DNA from: a virus
Taxonomy: Duplodnaviria; Caudoviricetes
DNA: 41,864 nucleotides
Reading direction: 5' to 3' (one strand)
Virus record (IMG/VR): IMGVR_UViG_3300030333_005104
Coordinates: 1-41,864 of that record
Made by a program: the position numbers and the translations under genes. A model generated the notes under the pieces. It searched no databases and was not told the origin of the DNA. It worked only from the letters and a program-made list of their open reading frames with translations. Positions 34,101-41,065 of the stretch are shown one piece after another. The first letter of the stretch is position 1; every line of letters begins with the position of its first letter.

Positions 34101-36703
34101 ATCGCACCGCAGTGGGCGTGATTGGCAGGATGGTGTCCCCTCACCGATGGGCACTTGGCGGGGAGGACTTGCTTCGCAGAGCGGGCCTGCACAACCTAGC
34201 AGATTCTCTTCGGGAATACTACGACGCAGAATCAATACTGCTCGGAAGGTTCTTCGATGGCTACCGCGACCTTCAGGAGAAGTACACCTACAAGGAGTGG
34301 GAGACTGCTAAGTCAGAGTTCAATGATTACATGACAATAAGGGAGCGTGGCCCTAAGAGCGACGAGGACGCAGGCAACTTCAGGGAAGAGGCCGAGACTG
34401 CGCTAGCAGGTATGTCAAAGGCCACCAAAGATTTGGTTGCTTGGCAGAAGTCTACCGCTCAAGACACGGGTGCGCTTAGCAGCGAGCTAGATGTTCATGT
34501 GTATGATCCGTCGCTCAGGGGCGGCAAGGGTGGGTGGCGAAAGATTGGCGACCTTGGTGAGTGGCATTTCCCGCGCATGTTCAAGCAGGAAACATTCGAC
34601 ATAATCACTAACCGGAACCTCCCGCAGTACAGGGAAAAGTACCGCACGCTACTGAACGACATGGTAGCTAACGGTAACGCGGAGACGGTCGAGGAGGCAC
34701 ATGAGTCGTTGCAGAAGGATTACAGGGACACCACGGGCGGCGACTACTTTGCCAACCTTGAGAGGGCGCGTGGCGTCAAGCTGCCTGATCAGTATTACGA
34801 GAACAGCGTCGAGGCTTACCTTCACTTCCTTCGCCGCTACTCCGAGCGGGCCGCACAGATACAGGCATTCGGCCAAAGGATTGACGACGGGGGCAAGAGA
34901 GTTAAGGACGCTTGGGACATTGCTAAGGACGAGGTAGGTGATGCTTCCTTAGCGGAAGATATTGACCTAATCCAAAAGACCGTCTACCGGCAGCGGCCTA
35001 AGTGGGAGGGGTGGCAGAACGTGGCTAGCTGGGGCACTGGAATCAGCAGTATGCTGTACCTCTCTGGCCCGCTGACATCCCTGCGTAACTTAACGTCCGC
35101 GTTAAGGATGAACATGGAATCGTTCGGGTACATCAACACAGCTGGGGCGTTAGGGAAAAGCCTCCTCCAATCAACCAAGGCCACAGCCTTAACGGCGCAG
35201 AAGATTTTCGGCGGAGAGTGGACTGCTAAGTTCTGGAAGGAGGGAGCTAAGACTGCCACCCCTGAGATGGTTGCTGAGGCTCACGCTGTTGGCGCACTGC
35301 GAATGGACTTCCAGACTGCTCAGCTACTGGACTTATACGAGGACAGCCCGTGGTACGATAGTCGCTCAGCTAGGGCAAAGCTGATGAAGGGGAACACGAT
35401 GGCCCTATGGATGCACGGCGTGACTGAGCGGATGGGCCGCTCGATCAGCTACACCGCTGGGTTGCAGTGGCTTCGCGCTACGCGCACGCTGGTTGAGAAT
35501 GAGCAGGGCGATTACAAGAGACGCCTCGCGTTAATGAAGCGGATGGGATTCCATACCGAGTCGGATCGTCAGGCCGTCTTGAACGGGGACGTTAGGGAGG
35601 TTCGAAGATTCCTTCGCGCTACGGTAAGGGAGAAGCAGTACAGCTACGACGTAAGCCAAAGCCCGCTATTCTTCTCAAGCCCTGTGGGCAGGATGTTCTT
35701 TCAGTTTCAGAAGTGGGGCTACCAAAGGTTACGCGACCTTGGCAGGAACGTGATCGGCCCTGCGCTTGGCGGAGAGAAGGTCTACCACAAGGGGCGTGAG
35801 CTACAGGTTGAGCGGGACTTCAAGCCCCTCTTACGCATGATGATTCTCTCAATGGGGGCCGGTGAGTTGTACTCACAGCTGCGCGAGGCGTTGACTGACA
35901 AGGAGCGCAAGGAAGCAGGGTTCGGTGAGATAGCTGAAACCTACAGCGTGGATGAGCAGCGTGCCATGATGCTAGCCTTCGAGAGAATGGCTAACAACTT
36001 CGTGCTGGACGGCGGCTCTGGAATCATTGGCGACTACTACCAGCTAAGCAAGGACATGGCTACTCGCGGCTGGCGTTACAAGAACCCACTTGAGCCTCCC
36101 ACTATCCAGACGGGCAAGGAGATCGTTGGCTTGGTGACTGACAGATTTAATCGGGAGAGCTTAACTGAAGGGCTGGGCAGGGACTTGAAGGACTTCTTCC
36201 TTCGACTGCCAGCACTGAAGCAGCCGCCGCTATCCTCAGTGACTGAGGGCTTAATGGATAACACTATTGACGAACACTGGAGCGCGAAAAAGGATGCCTC
36301 CATTCAGGTCGGCAAGCTTCGGAACGCAGCTAGGCGGTTTGCTGACGAGTTTGAACTTGATGAGGCTCGCTCCATGAACTTCATTATGGATGCAAAGAAT
36401 CCTAACTCGTACCTGTATGATTCAATACATGATGCGCTGCTAGTTGGCGACCATGAGCTAGCTCGCGACCTTCGCAGGAACGCGATTGAGGAAGCGGAAC
36501 CAAAGGAACGCAGGAAGAAGCTGCTAGCAATGAGAACTTCTGTTCGCAATCGCCAGCCGCTCAAGGTTGGCGGGGTAGAAAACGAGAAGGTGAGGCGTCA
36601 GTTCTACCTCTGGCTGAAGGAACGTCGGCCCGCCGAGGCGGCGTCCATGATGGAGGTTCAGAGACGCTACCTAAAGTCAGCAGCATTAGCTGGACTCAGG
36701 TAA
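28112..36703 (+). CDS. Giant polyvalent internal virion protein with two ADP-ribosyltransferase-like domains
   Basis: 2863 aa. Gly/Ala-rich N-terminus, acidic repeats, zincin-like EEIWH, ART-like VYHG...YL.L.NP...GHDG...FDPNQIKSA (about 31921-32590), second ART-like LYHGT...IYLS...GVDG...EIAVF (about 33182-34030), helical C-terminus with FFQFQKW. Confidence 0.85.
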   Translation: MADDPIKDYLADHGMREHMPDYEKFTGPTTIEEYWASQGLVSEEFKGLAAPPTAELQEKPKEEDTEESGWFYGLGQMRGPQAYGSLVRGIIDPFSAIPKQIGILASDLIDTDPREGWGYSIGGGMDWVGGALAPDVNPDFQGEFLADHAPRAIGNMFGIVFGTRGIGGVALASKIASRAGSRGVTVGGVNVLKGAAGTSKAAKASVAAKAAALGAKRGVPLSPTAIKAAGRKAARRDVAAMSKRYQTGTYAVVGGELGAAQAMVGGWEDAMYTLEARAQSEGRELTDEEKSMAFRSYMWNSLIGLSEVAPVFKLLKHLDGVVPRGKSRMFEALKTGGYEAAQEFSQSMYGNYVASHLVGYDKGRKLLEGAYTAAGAGGVAGAVMGLLTFTLGRRVKMHRDIEKLEADAAEFRKKGMPKNAAMLEEKANRLRALIESYDRDSGAAEIRSREEATTTETAPAAESAGILDPSRRFEQDLTDVADPAADPAVTPVDPAIAPAVDPVVAPVDPLADPEAAPADTVVAPVDPVVAPVDPVVAPVDPEAEVVATPEAEAELSAGWAEAESQLQKGTDKELFTEAQEADVDPSKIRRTKHGKITNKALRDAIADRRTERGRALLGAEAADKDFSLPYEGATPQDVETELAEGGALSVLQEPEARPVEDVDKGEAEHALLEEYSPMDVEAGELAADSPSLNLPYEGATTQDVETELAEGGQRDLTEPAGPDVEVEGPEGRNFTLVSQPSGEVSVEVDSQPVLDGKQMPREEAEARIESGEFNVLHDAVKEEGGEDFVPAEAQEQEPSQEQEQQQQEQEQPAAEEQSQEEQSQEPDADAERRERVNAEQRVLMPDGNLVLVIEKGVDPESPAVVAAIEKAYGAYLAGARSLGFRGNESDPIELRFKQGHTVGGPMYADPLNNINAIFVGVDNIANAPEGMFDLNGVASEEIWHVVEAQALMDDFLTNNPDATVGDFKAYFTQHYVDIYNDMTEAEVNEAISTYYTREERSGDGVASKKTLNKKEREGGEEWDRHRMTIAAEYTRIRGQQALRGKVTEQGYGNRDIAPSMHRLLKKVLNWVYKLTGRGHWVKVSTSSELAYKRVEETKAMLQLLSGLANVKKAEAEAAARKKLQDTKAEGGEDYKFRIGSGGPDSFIRAGDPDFIPKTIPNKRLPSPLAEDEEIVYKGVKSDGTPKSVINPEMPIIIYDVRGKRIVGVGKYKNKKAATTRAEKYNQGYGAHRYSVEMYTNDWVRSHEEQIAAESVQASGSMLRSGTGGGAASTQRDAEYLRLASDPEANTSELQRMVDEAAAAAGYTIGPVYHGRTIPLGEDKGFTVFKVNHLGHIMTSDSKDTAGSFAGKQPITGKADVIEAYLDLRNPYDYRNSSHLNDVIYAINEWGGKELVKSLERRSKIALDDSVVQEPEFNSRLRKWILSGDYGFFETKGVTKLLKMLGHDGYITTERKGTTYAAFDPNQIKSADPITRDDAGNIIPLSQRFDDTSDSILRSGTGGGAWSAKKLSEVAENMPLGEAFWLGPKGEIIDLNSGMGSARDVHERALRHYLESKGKTGKKQHDKLIQFAEEEAQVDVDNGVIDEIQDAYTEYVDTLTGHVGYELDSEYITKAANRMGWIRVTESTDSKSVYFEGMPSKDQTAVFSMAANDKKMAMYREGSDGRARLWKGIDFTGSDIVEYGVLRSAIGNDISASRVARAKEILNADTPLDMRKAIEGSRPDLTSEEVTAVHNGLKLYHGTDLLGSEGIHEQGFQSGFTGGKVGGAIYLSTDNKTDPFGQPSQPRHFATNKGQGEILELIGDFSLLINGDKLALEENGELSEEAVTLFEAVADVGGLNGHNGTPREIFDSVMTVERVEGNNIGEVDPDLRNLPIWQVIGRLEQNPEYLSARLKEAANLKETKGNSNAFKRRLVEKGVDGVTFYSGVVHSGLGRNINSGYAGREIAVFRGLEESLLRNYVRDVLYLNINGKYELRSGTDSGGTITESEAPVAPVPHDRTAVGVIGRMVSPHRWALGGEDLLRRAGLHNLADSLREYYDAESILLGRFFDGYRDLQEKYTYKEWETAKSEFNDYMTIRERGPKSDEDAGNFREEAETALAGMSKATKDLVAWQKSTAQDTGALSSELDVHVYDPSLRGGKGGWRKIGDLGEWHFPRMFKQETFDIITNRNLPQYREKYRTLLNDMVANGNAETVEEAHESLQKDYRDTTGGDYFANLERARGVKLPDQYYENSVEAYLHFLRRYSERAAQIQAFGQRIDDGGKRVKDAWDIAKDEVGDASLAEDIDLIQKTVYRQRPKWEGWQNVASWGTGISSMLYLSGPLTSLRNLTSALRMNMESFGYINTAGALGKSLLQSTKATALTAQKIFGGEWTAKFWKEGAKTATPEMVAEAHAVGALRMDFQTAQLLDLYEDSPWYDSRSARAKLMKGNTMALWMHGVTERMGRSISYTAGLQWLRATRTLVENEQGDYKRRLALMKRMGFHTESDRQAVLNGDVREVRRFLRATVREKQYSYDVSQSPLFFSSPVGRMFFQFQKWGYQRLRDLGRNVIGPALGGEKVYHKGRELQVERDFKPLLRMMILSMGAGELYSQLREALTDKERKEAGFGEIAETYSVDEQRAMMLAFERMANNFVLDGGSGIIGDYYQLSKDMATRGWRYKNPLEPPTIQTGKEIVGLVTDRFNRESLTEGLGRDLKDFFLRLPALKQPPLSSVTEGLMDNTIDEHWSAKKDASIQVGKLRNAARRFADEFELDEARSMNFIMDAKNPNSYLYDSIHDALLVGDHELARDLRRNAIEEAEPKERRKKLLAMRTSVRNRQPLKVGGVENEKVRRQFYLWLKERRPAEAASMMEVQRRYLKSAALAGLR
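29549..29735 (+). repeat. Degenerate 21-bp tandem repeats encoding DPVVAPV
   Basis: CTGTTGTTGCCCCCGTTGATC-type units, including near-perfect copies at about 29670-29732. Confidence 0.9.
29993..30246 (+). repeat. 56-bp direct repeat encoding LPYEGATxQDVETELAEGG
   Basis: 29993-30048 versus 30191-30246, 53/56 identical. Confidence 0.9.
31889..32622 (+). repeat. 32-bp direct repeat (SxLRSGTGGGA linker) flanking the first ART-like domain
   Basis: 31889-31920 versus 32591-32622, 31/32 identical; partial third copy starting at 34031. Confidence 0.95.
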
Positions 36704-36707
36704 TCCC

Positions 36708-36781
36708 AACCCTTACCAAACCCTTGCCAAAGGGTTTAGTAAGTATTAAGGATAAGGATAAGGATAAAGATAAGGATAAGG
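36708..36781. repeat. Non-coding inverted copy of the 2706-2779 iteron/hexamer element
   Basis: 68/74 identity to the reverse complement of 2706-2779. Confidence 0.95.
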
Positions 36782-36784
36782 GTA

Positions 36785-36931
36785 CTACCTTATGTGGGGT
36801 CGCATCTTTTTGATTAGCGCGAGAATCTTCTCGCACCGCTCCTCGCAATCTTCTTCCCTGTCCCAATACCCCACTGACTTATCTACCTCTGCTAGCTTGT
36901 AAATCTCCTTTATTATCTCGTAATTACTCAT
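36785..36931 (-). CDS. Small hypothetical protein (48 aa)
   Basis: MSNYEIIKEIYKLAEVDKSVGYWDREEDCEERCEKILALIKKMRPHIR; starts 5 nt after the upstream stop. Not in the ORF track. Confidence 0.55.
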   Translation of the reverse strand: MSNYEIIKEIYKLAEVDKSVGYWDREEDCEERCEKILALIKKMRPHIR

Positions 36932-36936
36932 AACTC

Positions 36937-37275
36937 TTACCTTGGTAACGCCTCAGAAATGTTCTCGCCAAAGGCTGGGCGTCCCGTTACGGCGGCGTAG
37001 AACTCACGGAGATGCCTCACTCTCTCCCTAGATAGCTTGTTAGCCTTGCTCCGCCCCCTAGGGGGCGGCTGTAGGGTTGGGTAGTGTCGGCACATTTCAC
37101 TGAAACTAGCCCAGCCCGTGTACTGGCCGACCAGCCACTCCGCGTAAGCTAGCTGATCTTTCGTAAGGACGGACAGCCTATCCTCTAAGATGTAGTCATA
37201 CTCAATCGGAACCGGCTGCTCAGGGTTATGGAACGACCTGCGCTGCCAGCTATCCTTGTCCAATTTATCGCTCAT
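36937..37275 (-). CDS. Hypothetical protein
   Basis: 112-aa ORF with GGAG upstream, in the early operon. Confidence 0.7.
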   Translation of the reverse strand: MSDKLDKDSWQRRSFHNPEQPVPIEYDYILEDRLSVLTKDQLAYAEWLVGQYTGWASFSEMCRHYPTLQPPPRGRSKANKLSRERVRHLREFYAAVTGRPAFGENISEALPR

Positions 37276-37301
37276 TATTTTCAGTCTCCTTCCGTGATTT
37301 A

Positions 37302-37868
37302 TTAATGGTCAGGCTTCATGCTAAGAGGCTGCTGGCACACGTTTTCATCCTCCAGCATCCGCTCATATCTGCTGCGATTCAAGCGGCTGTCTTGAAACAC
37401 CAAGCAAACATTCAGTGATTTGCGATCCTCCTCGCTCAACGCTTTAAGCAGGCTCAGTCGAGCCACCTCATCAGCCTTGTCTTTATCCAGCCCGAAAGCC
37501 CCTGTGCCAATGGCTGGCACAGCTAGCATATCAACCCCAGCTTCCCTGTTTAGGTACATGCCTAGCTGAGCTATGGATATGTAGCACCTAGCTAACGAGT
37601 CCCACTTGCCAATGCTGTCATAGCGAGGGGCTAGCGTGTGTATGATCCAGCCACACAAGTCATGCCCCGAGGTGATAACAGCAGACCCCTCGGAAATTCC
37701 CCTCAAGTTATGAAGGTCATGGTCGAGGTTGACAGCACCTGCGTGGTGATAGATTTCACCACACAAAGTGCCACCCTCCACTAGCTCATGGTTAGCAGGA
37801 TTAACAATCGCGCTGCTACTCCAGCCCTTGACTAGCTCTATTATGTCTCCGCAGTACGCGCTGATCAT
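37302..37868 (-). CDS. Macrodomain protein (ADP-ribose binding/hydrolase)
   Basis: GDI......AIVNPAN..L..GG...G.I...AG, G.AVITSG..L...IIH...P and VPAIGTGAFG are the canonical macrodomain loops. Confidence 0.93.
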   Translation of the reverse strand: MISAYCGDIIELVKGWSSSAIVNPANHELVEGGTLCGEIYHHAGAVNLDHDLHNLRGISEGSAVITSGHDLCGWIIHTLAPRYDSIGKWDSLARCYISIAQLGMYLNREAGVDMLAVPAIGTGAFGLDKDKADEVARLSLLKALSEEDRKSLNVCLVFQDSRLNRSRYERMLEDENVCQQPLSMKPDH

Positions 37869-38236
37869 TTCGCCTCCTCTTTCGGGGCTTCTCTTTCCCC
37901 CCTAATCATAGGCTCGAACATCTTTTCGTACCCGTTTGTCCACACGGCGTTGATAAGCTCAGCCATGAAGAAGTGTTCGTTCTCATTGCTAATGGAATAG
38001 ACCCCCTTCCTGTCTGGGACATCCGAATCAACCGCCACTTCTATGCTGTCAGGCTTGATGGCTACAATTAAGTCATCATCACCTGAGCTTACCTCAATGG
38101 CTGCTATGTGTTCCATAGTCTCTCGGTCAATTCCCAGCTTGATTACAGGGGCTGTCTCGCACCCCTCCGTTGCTAACTCCAGCAAGCTCGCTCGCGTGAC
38201 TTGCCACTCGTTTAATTCGTATTTAGTATTCGACAT
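37865..38236 (-). CDS. Hypothetical acidic protein
   Basis: Likely ATG at 38236 (MSNTKYEL); stop coupled to the macrodomain start (ATGA). Confidence 0.7.
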   Translation of the reverse strand: MSNTKYELNEWQVTRASLLELATEGCETAPVIKLGIDRETMEHIAAIEVSSGDDDLIVAIKPDSIEVAVDSDVPDRKGVYSISNENEHFFMAELINAVWTNGYEKMFEPMIRGEREAPKEEAK

Positions 38237-38298
38237 ATCTTTAGTGTTAGCAGGGTGCGCCACCCCGCAGTATAAAAAAGTGACGCACCCTGCGGTTG

Positions 38299-38502
38299 CT
38301 ACATACCTGCGCCCAGTCGGGCTGCTCTGGCCTGTAGATCGTTGTACAGTCTATCGACTGCAATAGTTTGTGATTGCTGCGTACCTTTCAGTCGCAGTGT
38401 TACGGTCGTGCGGTCAATGGTGACGCACACTTCCCTATCCTTGCCACGATCCCTGACCGTAGCATGTGTCTCTCTGGACACTGGCTTATTAGCTTTCGTC
38501 AT
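38299..38502 (-). CDS. Small basic hypothetical protein
   Basis: MTKANKPVSRET...LRLKGT pattern; operon context. Confidence 0.7.
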   Translation of the reverse strand: MTKANKPVSRETHATVRDRGKDREVCVTIDRTTVTLRLKGTQQSQTIAVDRLYNDLQARAARLGAGM

Positions 38503-38626
38503 GTTTCTCGTCTACTCGCACAGTGAAGCCGTTCACCAGAAGCGACTCCTCTTCAGCGGTTGTTATCATCTCCAAGAGGGTATCCTTATCCTCTTCGGTC
38601 ATTAAGATATTTATACTGTATATCAT
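38489..38626 (-). CDS. Small hypothetical protein (45 aa)
   Basis: MIYSINILMTEEDKDTLLEMITTAEEESLLVNGFTVRVDEKHDES; ATG abuts the upstream stop. Not in the ORF track. Confidence 0.55.
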   Translation of the reverse strand: MIYSINILMTEEDKDTLLEMITTAEEESLLVNGFTVRVDEKHDES

Positions 38627-38962
38627 CTATTCCTCCCCCTCCTCTTCTTCAAGGTCGTTTATGCGCTCGCTGATCTCATCAGCCAAATCCGACACCGCCG
38701 CCTCAGCTTCCTCGACAGCCCAAGCGTCAGCGTGCAAGTCATCGCACGTTATGCCGAGCTTTTCAGCCTCACTGAGCTGGCTCTGAGCCTCGTCGATGGC
38801 TTGCTCCAGCTCAGAGTGCGCCGAGCCTAACTGATACATAACATCAGTAACCCCGTCATACGCCTCGTTCAGCTCGTCCAGCGTCATGTCCACTATCCTG
38901 CGACCCTTGTATTCAGCGGTGCTGCTGTCGCTAGCTCGCACCTTTTCCTTTACCTCAGCCAT
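38627..38962 (-). CDS. Highly acidic helical protein
   Basis: 111 aa, D/E-rich coiled coil ending EEEEGEE. Confidence 0.75.
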   Translation of the reverse strand: MAEVKEKVRASDSSTAEYKGRRIVDMTLDELNEAYDGVTDVMYQLGSAHSELEQAIDEAQSQLSEAEKLGITCDDLHADAWAVEEAEAAVSDLADEISERINDLEEEEGEE

Positions 38963-38963
38963 A

Positions 38964-39152
38964 TTATTTATCCTCCACTTCAGCTACTTCCAGTAGTTCA
39001 CCAGTCTCCGCAAAGTGTGCGATGACCGGCCAATTTTGCACGATCTGCTGCGCCTTCGCCCTGCCGAATTGGAAGGGGAATTTAGCATCAGGGTTCAGTA
39101 CCAAGAGGGTGTGCCCCTTGTACTCCGACGTTTTAGGTTGTTGCTCTTTCAT
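38964..39152 (-). CDS. Small conserved-type protein, possibly PC4-like nucleic-acid binder
   Basis: EYKG...L.L......F.FG..KA..I......I..F pattern. Confidence 0.65.
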   Translation of the reverse strand: MKEQQPKTSEYKGHTLLVLNPDAKFPFQFGRAKAQQIVQNWPVIAHFAETGELLEVAEVEDK

Positions 39153-39153
39153 G

Positions 39154-39291
39154 TTATGTTATCTGACTCCTATGTTTTGGGTTCCTGCGAAACGAGCCTT
39201 TGCCCTTCCGCACTCTGTGTTCTCTGCTGGCACTGCCCATAAACCCATCTAGGTTTACCCGTGCAGCAATTCTTTTCGTTTTCGTTTTCAT
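39154..39291 (-). CDS. ArfA-like (alternative ribosome-rescue factor A motif) peptide, 45 aa
   Basis: MKTKTKRIAARVNLDGFMGSASREHRVRKGKGSFRRNPKHRSQIT contains KGKGS[F/Y]xRxxKH. Not in the ORF track. Confidence 0.7.
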   Translation of the reverse strand: MKTKTKRIAARVNLDGFMGSASREHRVRKGKGSFRRNPKHRSQIT

Positions 39292-39299
39292 AAAGTAGT

Positions 39300-39615
39300 G
39301 GGACGGCTGGACTTCTTGAATACCAGCAACTACTCTCGGGCCAAGATCAAGTTCATTTAACCCTACAACACTTCGTACCCTACTCGCATCATAGCCTTGC
39401 CCTTACGGACGGTGCTACTCGGCTCCCAGAGGTTGATGACCTCCTGCCTCCTGTTTCGGTGCGCTAGCCCTCCTGTAAAGGCTTGTTACGCTACGTCCCT
39501 TGGAAACCCCGTCGAGTCTCCAAATTGTAAATTCAAATCAGATCGGGCTGTTCACCCCTCTCCCTTATCTTTTCTCTCTTCACTTCGTTCAGAGAGAAAA
39601 GTAAGGGGGAGGGTG
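39300..39615 (-). ncRNA. Candidate structured non-coding RNA / leader
   Basis: About 330-bp gap with no credible same-strand ORF and many stems (see findings). No family recognised. Confidence 0.5.
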
Positions 39616-39620
39616 TGGTG

Positions 39621-39968
39621 TTAGAACGCCCCAACAATCACGCCCTTGTCATGGTGGATGACAACGGTTCGGTCATCCAGCCAGTTAAGTGCCTTCTCCT
39701 CAGCTTCTTCAGCATCCTCAGCCCCCAGAACCTTTTGAGCCAGCAGTTCCACCATGCCGTTGTGAGTGCAGTAAGCGTCCAATGCTGACTCGTACTCGCT
39801 GTACTCGCACCGCAACGCTACGGTATCTAGCTCGTACTCAGCCCCGCAGTCCTCCTCTAACTGCTCCAGCCACTCGGCCAAGGCTTTCGCCCCCTCGTAG
39901 CTCCAGCCAGCGTACTCGTCGCGCATCAGCGCATCGACTATATCATGTGTTCCTAATGTTCTTTTCAT
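39621..39968 (-). CDS. Acidic early phage protein
   Basis: WSYEG..AL..WLE.LEED.G...ELD.VA.RCEYSEY motif typical of a recurring early phage protein of unknown function. Confidence 0.8.
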   Translation of the reverse strand: MKRTLGTHDIVDALMRDEYAGWSYEGAKALAEWLEQLEEDCGAEYELDTVALRCEYSEYESALDAYCTHNGMVELLAQKVLGAEDAEEAEEKALNWLDDRTVVIHHDKGVIVGAF

Positions 39969-39972
39969 AACT

Positions 39973-40311
39973 CTACTCAGGTTCCTCCCATGTGGCAGCT
40001 AGCTTGCCAAGTACGGCATCAGCTACCTCTTCGTTCTGGCACACAAGCCAAGCAGCCGTCCATCGACGCTCGAACATGTGCCTCTGTTCGTCTGACTCGA
40101 ACAGACGTTTATCGTATTGCTCCCTGCAATCCACCACAGGTGGAAAGTCAGGGTGAACTATGTGCTGCGCCCTTGATGGGGAGCAGCGGATGCACCGACG
40201 GCGAGCGAACAGCCCAATGTAAGGCTGATCCCAAGCAATGCAGTGCATCGTGATGGCACAGTTCTTGGTCGTTACCTCACCGCCGCAGGTGTCACAATTT
40301 TCTTCAGCCAT
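39973..40311 (-). CDS. Hypothetical zinc-binding protein
   Basis: CDTC and CIRC motifs. Confidence 0.7.
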   Translation of the reverse strand: MAEENCDTCGGEVTTKNCAITMHCIAWDQPYIGLFARRRCIRCSPSRAQHIVHPDFPPVVDCREQYDKRLFESDEQRHMFERRWTAAWLVCQNEEVADAVLGKLAATWEEPE

Positions 40312-40313
40312 AG

Positions 40314-40505
40314 TTAGTCCTCCAGTTCTCCGTTATTATGGCAATTAGCCCAGTCACGCTCCTCTTCGTGCCACATCAAGTTTGTGAGGTGGTGAAGCAA
40401 GTCGTGGAGCCTGTAATGGTAGTCATCCATGCGTTGATTATCTGGCATCTTAACCACCATGTTGCCAAGGTGGTCGTACCATCCTCTTCCCTCGAATTTA
40501 GCCAT
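40314..40505 (-). CDS. Hypothetical protein
   Basis: 63-aa ORF with GGAGG upstream, tightly packed between neighbours. Confidence 0.65.
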   Translation of the reverse strand: MAKFEGRGWYDHLGNMVVKMPDNQRMDDYHYRLHDLLHHLTNLMWHEEERDWANCHNNGELED

Positions 40506-40507
40506 GA

Positions 40508-41065
40508 TTATTTGTCCTCCAGTTTGTAAAAGATGTGCTTCTTATATGTGAGCCGTGGCCTCTCGCCCTTCGCCCAGCTAGGTTTACGTATGTAGCTAGC
40601 ATGGTAATGATCGCACCCCTTCGCATTCACCTTGCCGTACTTAGGCGGTGAGGAAGCAATGGCAACGGCTTGATCCCACATCGAGCTACGCTTAGCCCTT
40701 GCGATAGCCTGTGCCTCACTCACTCCATTAAGGCAGCTGAACTGCAACGGCTGGCGGCATACCCCAGCTGGCGTGGCCTTCCAGCGTTTGCTGCTAGCCC
40801 TCTGCCACACCACCTGCCACACCAGCTCCATGCCTAGCCGCCCTTCGCCCTGCGCCTCCAGCACAAGGACTGCGGCACACAGATTTAAATCACCCCCTGA
40901 CGGGGCGGACGGGGTGGCTGAGTTAGCCGCCAGTGCCAACGCCATGAAGCTAGCGGCAGCTATGCTGCTAACGTGACGCTCAATCATGCGGGCTATTGCC
41001 TTGATCTGATCAACGCTGCGAGGCTTCTCCGCAGTGTCCATGTAATTGCGAATAATGTTGTCCAT
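40508..41065 (-). CDS. Cell wall hydrolase, SleB/Hydrolase_2 family
   Basis: EAQGEG..GM..V..VV..R, VC.Q..QFSCLN, HYHA......P.WA, HIFY motifs preceded by a hydrophobic segment; likely start MDNIIRN at 41065. Confidence 0.9.
   Translation of the reverse strand: MDNIIRNYMDTAEKPRSVDQIKAIARMIERHVSSIAAASFMALALAANSATPSAPSGGDLNLCAAVLVLEAQGEGRLGMELVWQVVWQRASSKRWKATPAGVCRQPLQFSCLNGVSEAQAIARAKRSSMWDQAVAIASSPPKYGKVNAKGCDHYHASYIRKPSWAKGERPRLTYKKHIFYKLEDK

Noticed and set aside
39300-39615. tRNA or tmRNA
   Set aside because: No T-loop/anticodon cloverleaf or tmRNA termini recognised; kept only as an unknown structured RNA.
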